NCBI GenBank assembly: GCA_040751925.1
Contig: JBFMFT010000163.1
Location: forward strand, 1-10,330
DNA: 10,330 bases
Source: Chloroflexota bacterium
Lineage (GTDB): Bacteria; Chloroflexota; Anaerolineae; Promineifilales; Promineifilaceae
Direction: 5' to 3'
The notes under the pieces are model-generated. The model did not search any database. It worked only from the letters and a program-made list of their open reading frames with translations, and had not been told where the DNA came from. Position 1 is the stretch's first letter; every line of letters starts with the position of its first letter. The position numbers and the translations under genes are program-made. Shown one piece after another: positions 1-7,233 of the stretch.

Positions 1-61
1 CATTTCGGCCCGCGACGTGAGCCACAAGGAGCGAGAAATGTATGCTAAAAGCAATGCCTGA
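1..61 (+). CDS. brnT: 3' end of a BrnT-family type II toxin gene (truncated by the window edge)
   Basis: Frame-2 translation of 2..61 reads ISARDVSHKEREMYAKSNA*. This resembles the conserved BrnT C-terminus (...IISAR...KERE.Y...). It overlaps the downstream brnA start by 20 nt, which is the canonical brnT-brnA arrangement. Confidence 0.5.
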   Translation, partial: ISARDVSHKEREMYAKSNA

Positions 62-326
62 ATTTCGCAACGAGAACGAAGAACGAGAATTTTGGGCCGC
101 CCAGGATTCTACGGAATACCTGGATTGGAGCAAGGCTGAACGGGTGGTCTTTCCCAAACTCAAGCCGTCAACGCGAGCGATTTCTCTGCGTATCCCAGAA
201 TCCATGTTAAATGAACTGAGATTGTTGGCAAATAAACAGGACGTGCCATACCAGTCTCTCATCAAGATTTTTCTCCGCGAGCGCATTGACGCCGAACTAT
301 ACAGGGTTGCGGCTGCAGATCGCTAA
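42..326 (+). CDS. brnA: BrnA-family antitoxin (CopG/RHH-like, type II TA)
   Basis: The 94-aa product carries the hallmark BrnA N-terminus (MPEFRNENEEREFWAAQDSTEYLDW) and a C-terminal ribbon-helix-helix-like segment (ISLRIPESMLNELRLLANKQDVPYQSLIKIFLRERID). An AAGGAG Shine-Dalgarno sits 10 nt upstream of the ATG. Local GC is lower than in the flanks. Confidence 0.75.
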   Translation: MLKAMPEFRNENEEREFWAAQDSTEYLDWSKAERVVFPKLKPSTRAISLRIPESMLNELRLLANKQDVPYQSLIKIFLRERIDAELYRVAAADR

Positions 327-341
327 TGGAAGGAGCTAACC

Positions 342-2354
342 ATGTTTGACACGATTTTGATCGGCGTTGGCGTACTATTCGCTTTAGCCATTTTCTTTCA
401 GTGGGTACGGTTTATCCCCAATAACCGCGTGGGTATTGTCGAGAAGCGGTGGAGCGGCAAGGGATCGATCAAGTCGGGCTTCATCGCTCTACGTGGCGAG
501 GCCGGCTTTCAGCCCGGCCTTTTGCGCGGCGGCATCCACCTCCTGACTCCCTTCCAGTACAATGTTCACATGGCCCCGCTCGTCACAATCCCCCAAGGGA
601 AAATTGGCTATGTGTTCGCTCGTGATGGCCTGTCTTTGCATCCAACCCAAACCCTGGCCGCCAACGTGACCGCCAACGACTTTCAGGACGTGGCCGCCTT
701 CTTGCAGAATGGCGGCCAGCGCGGCCCCCAACGCATGGTTTTGCGCGAAGGCACCTACGCCATCAACATCGCCCAGTTCGTGGTGATGACCGACGAGAAA
801 GTCTACTCCCTGGCCCTCAGTCGGGAGGACGAGAAGATCATTGAGAAGATGTCGGGGCTGATCGCCGAACGCAACGGCTTCCGGCCGGTGGTCATCAAGG
901 ACTCCGACGACCTGGCCGGCATCGTGACGATTCACGATGGGCCATCCTTGCCCCAGGGGGAGATCATTGCTCCGCCGGTGGGCGACGACCCGGCCGACGC
1001 CGCCACCTACCACAACAAATTCCAGGACCCCGACAAATTCCTGGCGGCCGGGGGGATGCGCGGCCGGCAACTTCAGGTGTTGGTGGAAGGGACGTACTAC
1101 ATCAACCGGCTCTTTGGCACCGTAGAGATGATTCCCAAGACGACGGTCGAAGTGGGCAACGTGGGCGTGGTGATCTCTTATACGGGCCACATCGGGGCCG
1201 ACCTCTCCGGCGCCGAATACAAGCACGGCGAGCTAGTGACCAAGGGCCAACGCGGCGTGTGGAGCGAGCCGCTGCTGCCTGGCAAATACGCCTTCAACAC
1301 CTACGCCGGCAAAGTCGTGACCGTACCGACGACCAACTTCATCCTCAAGTGGAACCGCCGCGAAGTTGGCTCCCACCGCTTTGACGAGAATCTGGCCGAA
1401 GTGTCCCTCATTACCAAAGACGCCTTCGAGCCGCAATTACCCCTCTCCGTCGTCGTCCACATTGACTACCGCAAAGCCCCCCTGGTTATCCAACGCTTTG
1501 GCGACATCAAGCGGCTGGTCGAACAAACCCTGGATCCGCTGGTGGCCGCTTACTTCAAGAATGTGGGCCAGACGCGCACCCTGATTCAACTTGTGCAGGA
1601 ACGCAGCAACATTCAGCAGGTCTCCAGCCAGGAGATGAAAGACAAGTTCGAGCATTATAACCTGGAGTTAGAGGAAGTGCTGATTGGCACGCCAGCCTCC
1701 TCTACTGGCGACACGCAAATCGAGAGCATCCTCACCCAACTGCGGTCACGGCAGATTGCCCAGGAGCAAATTGAAACCTACGCCCGGCAGGAAGCGGCGG
1801 CCGTGAAGGAGCGTGAACTCCGTGAAGCCCAGGCCCGCGCCCAGCAGCAAACGGCCATCACCGAGTCGGAGATCAGTATTACGGTGCAGAGCAACCAGGG
1901 CAAGGCTGAATACCAGCGCGCCCTCCAGCAGGCGGCCCAGATTCGCGCTCTGGCCGAGGCCGAGGGCGAGAAAGCGGCCCGTATTGGCATCGGCCAGGCC
2001 ATTGCCATTGACGAGCAGGTGCGGGCTTATGGTGGGCCACAATATCAGGTGACGCAGCAGGTGATGAATCGCTTTGCTGAGGCCATCCAACAGGCGCGGG
2101 TGGACGTGGTACCGCGCGTAGTCATTGGCGGTGGTGGCGACGGCCGCCAGGGTGGTGGCACAGGCAGTTTGATGGAAGGGTTGCTGGCAATCCTCCTCTC
2201 CGAGCGGATGGGAGTCACATTGGGCAGCCAGCCCGGCCCGGCCGCCCCCAGACCCGAAGTGGAGGCTATGCGTAACCAACTCCTGCAAGGCCTGGCGACG
2301 GCGACGCAGAACGTGGCGGCCGGTGGGTCTGTTCCACAGGCCAAAACTAATTAG
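342..2354 (+). CDS. Flotillin-like SPFH/band-7 domain membrane protein (YqiK-like), 670 aa
   Basis: A GGAAGGAG RBS lies 7 nt before the ATG. The product has an N-terminal TM helix (ILIGVGVLFALAIFF) and an SPFH-like core. A long Q/A/E-rich coiled-coil follows (EAAAVKERELREAQARAQQQ...RALAEAEGEKAARIGIGQAIAIDEQ), typical of the flotillin domain. The tail is Gly-rich (IGGGGDGRQGGGTG) with a hydrophobic C-terminus. The ORF is continuous over 2 kb in GC-rich DNA. Confidence 0.8.
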   Translation: MFDTILIGVGVLFALAIFFQWVRFIPNNRVGIVEKRWSGKGSIKSGFIALRGEAGFQPGLLRGGIHLLTPFQYNVHMAPLVTIPQGKIGYVFARDGLSLHPTQTLAANVTANDFQDVAAFLQNGGQRGPQRMVLREGTYAINIAQFVVMTDEKVYSLALSREDEKIIEKMSGLIAERNGFRPVVIKDSDDLAGIVTIHDGPSLPQGEIIAPPVGDDPADAATYHNKFQDPDKFLAAGGMRGRQLQVLVEGTYYINRLFGTVEMIPKTTVEVGNVGVVISYTGHIGADLSGAEYKHGELVTKGQRGVWSEPLLPGKYAFNTYAGKVVTVPTTNFILKWNRREVGSHRFDENLAEVSLITKDAFEPQLPLSVVVHIDYRKAPLVIQRFGDIKRLVEQTLDPLVAAYFKNVGQTRTLIQLVQERSNIQQVSSQEMKDKFEHYNLELEEVLIGTPASSTGDTQIESILTQLRSRQIAQEQIETYARQEAAAVKERELREAQARAQQQTAITESEISITVQSNQGKAEYQRALQQAAQIRALAEAEGEKAARIGIGQAIAIDEQVRAYGGPQYQVTQQVMNRFAEAIQQARVDVVPRVVIGGGGDGRQGGGTGSLMEGLLAILLSERMGVTLGSQPGPAAPRPEVEAMRNQLLQGLATATQNVAAGGSVPQAKTN

Positions 2355-2360
2355 AATCGT

Positions 2361-2582
2361 ATGGGTGAAGAGGGTAAGCCCCTGGTCTGGCTACATGGAG
2401 AAGTCAAGACTCCGCCATTTACTCAGAAAGCACGTTTAGAGGCTGGCTTTCTATGGATAAAGATAAGCGTGAGCGTTTGCAGGCCCAAGGGTGGAAAGTT
2501 GGAACGGTGGCGGAGTTCCTCGAACTTACACCTGAAGAATCTGCCCTTATCGAGATTCGGTTGGCCCTCAGTCAAAGTCTAA
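2361..2582 (+). pseudogene. Remnant of a HigB/RelE-fold toxin of the Gp49-like family (N-terminal ~31 codons only)
   Basis: Residues 1-31 (MGEEGKPLVWLHGEVKTPPFTQKARLEAGFL) match the conserved N-terminus of toxins partnered with HigA-like antitoxins (KPLVWLHGEIK.PPFS.EAR.EAGFLL..LQ.G). From about nt 2453 the reading frame runs straight into the start of the antitoxin gene in another frame. The rest of the ORF (SVSVCRPKGG...) has no toxin-like features and there is no SD. Confidence 0.55.
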
Positions 2583-2782
2583 GGGAACGTCGCGAAAAGC
2601 AAATGACGCAAGCAGAATTGGCCCAAAGAATTCACTCAAGCCAGCCTCGAGTAGCCAGGGCTGAACGTGGAGACCGCTCAATCTCTATCGAGCTATTGCT
2701 GCACGCCATGCTGGCGACAGGCGCGACCCCCAAAGAGATAGGCAAGGTAATTGCCAGTGTAGAAACCTCAAGGATGTTGTAA
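2453..2782 (+). CDS. HigA-like XRE-family HTH antitoxin / transcriptional regulator
   Basis: The 109-aa product begins MDKDKRERLQAQGWKVGTVAEFLELTPEESALIEIRLALSQSLRERREKQMTQAELAQRIHSSQPRVARAERGDRSISIELLLHAMLATGAT. This is the characteristic antitoxin sequence of this TA family, with an HTH at QAELAQRIHSSQPRVARAE. GC is lower than in the flanks. Confidence 0.8.
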   Translation: MDKDKRERLQAQGWKVGTVAEFLELTPEESALIEIRLALSQSLRERREKQMTQAELAQRIHSSQPRVARAERGDRSISIELLLHAMLATGATPKEIGKVIASVETSRML

Positions 2783-2797
2783 ACGGCTTCTTGGCCC

Positions 2798-3325
2798 ATG
2801 AGTCTTCCTGGATTACCAACCAGCAAGCGGAGTAGCCGGCGGCCGGTCATCGGCGTGATGGGCGCAGGTGAGGGGGCCAGCCCGGCTGATGTGGCCCACG
2901 CCCGCCAATTGGGGGAGTTGATTGCCCGTGAAGGGTGGATATTACTGACTGGCGGCCGGAACGTAGGGGTAATGCAAGCGGCCAACGAAGGCGCCAAACA
3001 GGTTGCCGGCAGCCTGACCATTGGCATCTTGCCCAATCGCCAGGCGGCCGTCTCCCCTGACGTGGACGTAGCCATCTTCACCGACCTGGGCGCCGGCCGC
3101 AACAACGTCAACGTTCTATCTAGCGACGTGGTGATCGCCTGCGGCACAGGCGGCCCTGGCACGGTGTCGGAGATTGCTCTGGCCATCAAGGCGGGCAAGC
3201 CGGTGATTTTGTTGGGCGGCTCACCGGCCGCCCGCGCCTTCTGGCAAGAGTTGGGGGAAGAGATGGTGTGTATGACGGAGACGGCCGAAGAAGCCGTAGC
3301 CTCAGTCAGATATTGGCTCCGTTGA
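2798..3325 (+). CDS. LOG/SLOG-fold Rossmann protein (TIGR00725-like, 'Lonely Guy' superfamily)
   Basis: LOG-family glycine motifs are present: VIGVMGAGEG, TGGRNVGVMQAANEGAKQVAG..IGILP and CGTGGPGTVSEIALAIKAGKPVILLG (compare PGGxGTxEE). The 175-aa size suits the stand-alone TIGR00725 family. The start codon is uncertain: the ATG at 2798 has no clear SD, and ATG 2858 is an alternative. Confidence 0.6.
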   Translation: MSLPGLPTSKRSSRRPVIGVMGAGEGASPADVAHARQLGELIAREGWILLTGGRNVGVMQAANEGAKQVAGSLTIGILPNRQAAVSPDVDVAIFTDLGAGRNNVNVLSSDVVIACGTGGPGTVSEIALAIKAGKPVILLGGSPAARAFWQELGEEMVCMTETAEEAVASVRYWLR

Positions 3326-3379
3326 TAGGCTACTCAACCCCGTTGGTTTCGGAGACTGACGGAGCTTTAGCCCAGCAAT

Positions 3380-3410
3380 TTGTGCCTGATGGAGCAGTCT
3401 GTTCTATAAT
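3380..3410 (+). promoter_or_regulatory. Candidate sigma70-type promoter for the CMD gene pair
   Basis: A perfect TATAAT hexamer lies at 3405..3410 inside a 133-bp intergenic gap, about 49 nt upstream of the TTG start at 3459. The best -35 candidate is a weak TTGTGC at 3380..3385 with a 19-nt spacer. Confidence 0.3.
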
Positions 3411-3458
3411 AGCCTCCAGTTGCCAGGAGAATTGGTTAGTATGCCCGTGAGGTGACAA

Positions 3459-3797
3459 TTGAACCAGCCAACTTACTTTGCCAATGTACAGAAGGTCGTT
3501 GCCGCGTTACTGCATGGGCAAGCCCAGACGACGCCAGCTTTGCGCCAGGCTGTCGAAGCTCAGGCGGCCCGGTTAGGTGGCGCGACTAGGTCGGCCAGCG
3601 ACATACCGGCCGACCTCGCCGCTTACGTGGACAAAGTTGCCCAGCACGCCTACAAGATAACGGATCAAGACGTAGAGCAATTGAAAGCGGCCGGCTACTC
3701 TGAGGATACCATCTTTGAGGTTACTCTCAGTGCGGCCCTGGGGGCCGGCCTGGCCCGCCTGGAGCGCGGCCTGGCCGCCCTACGAGGAGGGGAATAA
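3459..3797 (+). CDS. Small carboxymuconolactone-decarboxylase (CMD)/AhpD-like fold protein lacking the CxxCxxxH motif
   Basis: The start is a TTG preceded by GAGGTGA 4 nt upstream. The C-terminal part (ITDQDVEQLKAAGYSEDTIFEVTLSAALGAGLARLERGL) resembles the helical C-terminus of CMD-family proteins. The stop overlaps the next start (TAATG). Confidence 0.45.
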   Translation: MNQPTYFANVQKVVAALLHGQAQTTPALRQAVEAQAARLGGATRSASDIPADLAAYVDKVAQHAYKITDQDVEQLKAAGYSEDTIFEVTLSAALGAGLARLERGLAALRGGE

Positions 3798-4393
3798 TGC
3801 GCCTGAAAGTCCTGGAAAACGGCCACCGGCCGCTGCAAAAACTGATCCTCACGTTGATTAAGCTGGGTATGGGCTTCCGGCCGGGGCCCATTCTAACCAT
3901 GTCCTATCGCCGCGACCTGTTTGGCAAGCATTTGGCCGCTTGCGTGCAAGAGGGGATGCGCCAGATGAAGCACTGGCAAAAAACTGACGTCGAAGTGATG
4001 GCCGCCTTTGTGGCCCAAACGAACACTTGCCACTATTGCCTGGGCGACCACCGGGCCATCGCCAGTGTAGGTCTGCCAGAAGACGTGGTGAAGGCGACCC
4101 TGGCTAACTGGCAGACAGCCCCCGTTGGTGAACCGTTGCGGCAGACGCTTGGCTTTCTGGAAAAAGTGACCTTGCGGCCGACTGAGGTTGGCCCGGCCGA
4201 CGTGGAACCCTTGCGGGCGGCCGGGCTGAGGGACGCCGCCATTGAAGAAGCCCTCTACGTTTGTTTCCTCTTCAACGTGATCGGCCGCCTGGCGGATGCC
4301 TTCGACTTTGAGGAGCCGGCGGAGAAGAGCCGGCGGCGGCTGGCCCGCGTGCTGTACGCTCAGGGTTATGGCATTGGCAGTCTGCCGGGATAA
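3797..4393 (+). CDS. Carboxymuconolactone decarboxylase family / AhpD-like peroxidase-related protein
   Basis: The motif CHYCLGDH follows the C-x-x-C-x-x-x-H pattern of the AhpD catalytic core. The 198-aa size is typical. The gene is translationally coupled to the upstream CMD-like gene by a 1-nt overlap. Confidence 0.7.
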   Translation: MRLKVLENGHRPLQKLILTLIKLGMGFRPGPILTMSYRRDLFGKHLAACVQEGMRQMKHWQKTDVEVMAAFVAQTNTCHYCLGDHRAIASVGLPEDVVKATLANWQTAPVGEPLRQTLGFLEKVTLRPTEVGPADVEPLRAAGLRDAAIEEALYVCFLFNVIGRLADAFDFEEPAEKSRRRLARVLYAQGYGIGSLPG

Positions 4394-4430
4394 TTCTCGC
4401 GGGGATTAGGAGACGGCATTGACTCAGCCA

Positions 4431-4520
4431 CTCCCACCCTCACCCTAACCCTCAGAGGGAGAGGGAACGAACGCTCCCCCCGCCCTGTTAGGGAGAGGGA
4501 GCAGGAGGTGAGGGTGAGCA
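4431..4520. repeat. Structured intergenic element: C3-tract/G4 motif, GGGAGAGGG direct repeats and a 10-bp inverted repeat
   Basis: The plus strand reads CCCACCCTCACCCTAACCC at 4433..4451, so the minus strand reads GGGTTAGGGTGAGGGTGGG, a canonical G-quadruplex motif. GGGAGAGGG occurs at 4457..4465 and again at 4491..4499. CACCCTCACC (4435..4444) is the reverse complement of GGTGAGGGTG (4507..4516). The element sits in the 172-bp gap upstream of the peroxidase gene. Confidence 0.5.
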
Positions 4521-4565
4521 GTCACAGGCGACGTTGCTGTGGGTGGCGTCGTAGGAGGAACGGAG

Positions 4566-6863
4566 ATGGGAACTGTGGGCAAGTGGTTGCTGAGAGGATT
4601 GGGGGTACTGCTTGGTCTGTTGCTACTTTTGTTCATCGTAGCGGCCGTCTGGCCCACCCCCCAGGACCCGGTCGTGCCCCTCGACCAAACCGGCGCGGGG
4701 GCCAGCAGCGTCGAACCCTCTTACTCTGGCCTGCAACGCGCCTTTCCGCCCCTTAATGAGCCGGCCGAAAATCCCACTACCCCAACTAAAGCCGAACTCG
4801 GCCGCCTCCTCTTTTTCGATCCCGTTCTCTCGGCCAATAACGACATAGCTTGCGCGACCTGTCACCACCCCGACCTGGGCCTGGCCGACGGCCGTGCGCG
4901 CGCCATGGGGGCTGGCGGCAACGGCATTGGGCCAGAACGGAGCGGAGGCGTCGAAGTGGCCCGCAGCGCGCCCAGCCTGTGGAACGTGGGTTTTGCGCCC
5001 ACACTCTTTTGGGACGGCCGCCTCACCTCCCTCGAAGAGCAGGCCCTTGTGCCGCTAACCCACGTGGACGAAATGGGCGTCACCGACACCAGCGCATTGG
5101 TCGGTGAATTACAGGCCATTGCCGAATACACCAGCCTATTCCAGCAAGCCTTCGGCGGTGAGGGAGCGGCGGCCGTCACCCTGACCAACGTCCAACGCGC
5201 CCTGGCCGCCTTCGAGCGCACGCTGGTCAGCCAGAACAGCCCGTTTGACCGCTACGCGGCCGGGCAATTCGACGCCCTCACCCCTTCCCAACGGCGGGGA
5301 CTGGCCCTGTTCCGTTCGGCCGCCACCCGCTGTTTCGAGTGCCACGCCGCCCCCACCTTTGCCAGCGACACCTTCCGCGTGATTGGCGTGCCAGACGCGG
5401 CCGGCCAGCCCCACGACCCCGGCCGGGCCGGCGTGACCGCCGACGGCCTAGATGGAGCTTTCCGTGTGCCATCTCTACGCAACGCAGCCCTCACCGCTCC
5501 TTACATGCACAATGGCCTGTTCGAGTCGTTGGAAGAAGTTGTGGAGTTCTACGCTGGTGGCGGCGGCCGGGCCATCAGCAGCCAACCCATTGCCAACGTA
5601 GACCCGTTCATTCTGGGCTTTGAGTTGACGGCCCAGGAGCAGGCTGATCTAGTGGCTTTCCTCTACGCCCTGACTGACGAGAGCCAACTGCCTATTGTTC
5701 CAGCCAGCGTGCCATCGGGCCTGCCGGTTGTGCCGCGCTTAGAGAATCCAGCCAGGGCTATTGTAACAGCTAACACCTCGCCAGTAACAGGCCAGCCGGA
5801 GCCAGCGCATGACCCGATGACCATTACCGTCCAGCCAGGCGAAACGATCCAGGCGGCCGTAGACCGGGCGCGGCCGGGCGACACAATTGAAGTGCCTTAT
5901 GGAGTCTACCACGAGCGGGTGGTGGTGGATATGAGCGGCATTACGTTGAGAGGTGTGCCAAACGCGGCCGGAGAGTTCCCCATCCTGGACGGCGAAGGCC
6001 AACTGGCCGACGGCGTGATTGGCTCCGGCAATGACTTCGAGGTGGCTAACCTCCACCTGCGGAACTACAGCGACAATGGAGTGTTGGTGGAAGGAGCAAC
6101 CGGCGTCCATTTGCACGACATCGTAGCCGAAAAGACCGGCACTTATGGCGTTTACCCCGTGCAAAGCACCAATGTTGTCATCGAACGAGTGACAGTCAGT
6201 GGGGTGGACGATGCCGGCATTTACGCCGGCCAATGCGAAAACGTCATCGTCCGTGACAGCGTGGCCTTTGATAATGTCATTGGCATCGAGTTAGAAAATA
6301 CGGTGGGCGGCGAGGTCTATAACAACCATACCTACCACAATACCCTGGGCATCTTTGTCGTCCTGCTGCCCCAATTGACCTCAAAAGCCTCGCTCAACAC
6401 GAAGGTCTATAACAATCTAAGCGAAGATAACAACCACGAAAATTTCGCGCCCCCGGAAGCCACCGCCCGCCTGCTGCCGCCGGGGGTGGGCATTCTGCTC
6501 CTGGCCTCGGATCACAATGAGGTTTACGATAATGAGGTGAAGGGGAATAAGTCGGCCGGCATCGCCGTCTTCAATTTGTCCATTGGCTTCGACGAAAATG
6601 AGATTGACGTAGGGCCGACGCCGGAGGACAATTGGATTTACGACAACCGGTTGTCCAATAATGGTTACGACCCCGACCCATCAGTACGCGATCTAGGCAT
6701 CCCTGGGGCGGACGTGCTGTGGGATGGGTCTGGCTGGAGCAACCGTTTCGACCAGCCGGGCGCGACCAGCTTCCCGCCCCTCTTGCCCGGCAGTGGATGG
6801 CCGACATTTCTGCAAAAGGCTTATTGGAACGCCTTTAACTTCGTGATCCGGCTAGTCTCTTGA
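4566..6863 (+). CDS. Membrane-anchored di-haem cytochrome c peroxidase (CCP/MauG family) fused to a C-terminal right-handed parallel beta-helix domain
   Basis: AGGAGGA lies 6 nt upstream of ATG 4566; the ORF track's GTG at 4539 is less likely. An N-terminal TM anchor is present ([23 protein letters not shown]). Two CxxCH haem sites are CATCHH and CFECH. CCP signatures include [33 protein letters not shown] and EEVVEFY. The C-terminal ~330 aa consist of beta-helix repeats ([36 protein letters not shown]..., [38 protein letters not shown]...). Confidence 0.8.
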   Translation: MGTVGKWLLRGLGVLLGLLLLLFIVAAVWPTPQDPVVPLDQTGAGASSVEPSYSGLQRAFPPLNEPAENPTTPTKAELGRLLFFDPVLSANNDIACATCHHPDLGLADGRARAMGAGGNGIGPERSGGVEVARSAPSLWNVGFAPTLFWDGRLTSLEEQALVPLTHVDEMGVTDTSALVGELQAIAEYTSLFQQAFGGEGAAAVTLTNVQRALAAFERTLVSQNSPFDRYAAGQFDALTPSQRRGLALFRSAATRCFECHAAPTFASDTFRVIGVPDAAGQPHDPGRAGVTADGLDGAFRVPSLRNAALTAPYMHNGLFESLEEVVEFYAGGGGRAISSQPIANVDPFILGFELTAQEQADLVAFLYALTDESQLPIVPASVPSGLPVVPRLENPARAIVTANTSPVTGQPEPAHDPMTITVQPGETIQAAVDRARPGDTIEVPYGVYHERVVVDMSGITLRGVPNAAGEFPILDGEGQLADGVIGSGNDFEVANLHLRNYSDNGVLVEGATGVHLHDIVAEKTGTYGVYPVQSTNVVIERVTVSGVDDAGIYAGQCENVIVRDSVAFDNVIGIELENTVGGEVYNNHTYHNTLGIFVVLLPQLTSKASLNTKVYNNLSEDNNHENFAPPEATARLLPPGVGILLLASDHNEVYDNEVKGNKSAGIAVFNLSIGFDENEIDVGPTPEDNWIYDNRLSNNGYDPDPSVRDLGIPGADVLWDGSGWSNRFDQPGATSFPPLLPGSGWPTFLQKAYWNAFNFVIRLVS

Positions 6864-6918
6864 CGCAATCTCAGTCAGGCGGCCTGAGCCATAATCGGTG
6901 GCTGCCAGGGAAAATACT

Positions 6919-7233
6919 ATGAGTACATCTGATCAAGAAACTGTCCCGAAGAAAATGCAACCCCGGTACGATGAAATCGTCGCCCTGACAGACGCCTTTT
7001 GCCGGGAACGTCTCAATGAGGAATATGCCGCGATGTGCCGCCGGTTGGCGGCCAAGTTGAGCCGGAAACGGCCGTCGCCCCTGGAAGGCGGCCGGGCCAA
7101 CACGTGGGCGGCCGGTATCGCCCAGACCATCGGCAGTGTCAATTTTCTCTATGGCCTGGTACATTACGGTCAACGGCTTTATCATGGACGCCCGCTCCGC
7201 CCCTCGCCACATTCAAGAGGTGGCATTCGCTAA
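6919..7233 (+). CDS. Conserved hypothetical protein, possibly C-terminally truncated or frameshifted
   Basis: The segment RYDEIVALTDAFCRERLNEEYAAMCRRLAAKLSRKRPSPLEGGRANTWAAGIAQTIGSVNFL matches a conserved N-terminal block I recall from uncharacterised bacterial proteins, possibly DUF6398-like. That recollection is unverified. AGGGAA lies 7 nt upstream of ATG 6919; the track's GTG at 6898 is less likely. The C-terminal 30 aa are proline/arginine-rich junk-like sequence. Confidence 0.4.
   Translation: MSTSDQETVPKKMQPRYDEIVALTDAFCRERLNEEYAAMCRRLAAKLSRKRPSPLEGGRANTWAAGIAQTIGSVNFLYGLVHYGQRLYHGRPLRPSPHSRGGIR

Noticed and set aside
489-2344. Long antisense and alternative-frame ORFs inside the flotillin gene (489..1226 -, 937..1125 +, 1746..2288 -, 1813..2052 +, 2045..2344 -)
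   Set aside because: Their translations are Arg/Gly/Pro/Ala-rich low-complexity sequences. This is typical of spurious ORFs on the non-coding frames of high-GC genes, and they lie wholly within a gene with strong family features.
2632-3198. 188-aa minus-strand ORF overlapping the HigA-like and LOG-like genes
   Set aside because: It has no RBS and an Ala/Pro/Arg-rich composition with no recognisable motif. Both overlapped plus-strand genes carry clear family signatures.
4445-5623. Several 60-120-aa ORFs on both strands around the start of the peroxidase gene and inside it (4445..4657 -, 4508..4756 +, 4786..5004 -, 4850..5107 +, 4862..5221 -, 5136..5494 -, 5339..5623 +)
   Set aside because: They are extremely Arg/Pro/Gly-rich, a high-GC frame artefact. 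They are embedded in a long ORF with unmistakable CCP motifs.
5739-6233. 164-aa minus-strand ORF opposite the beta-helix region
   Set aside because: It has no start context and no motif. The plus-strand beta-helix repeats are periodic and coherent.
6871-6889. Short hairpin CTCAG-N9-CTGAG just after the peroxidase stop, considered as an intrinsic terminator
   Set aside because: The stem is only 5 bp with a 9-nt loop and no downstream T-tract, which is too weak to call.
6871-7212. 113-aa minus-strand ORF opposite the 6919..7233 gene
   Set aside because: The plus-strand product carries a conserved-looking motif block and an RBS. The minus-strand product is Pro/Arg/Gly-rich with no features.
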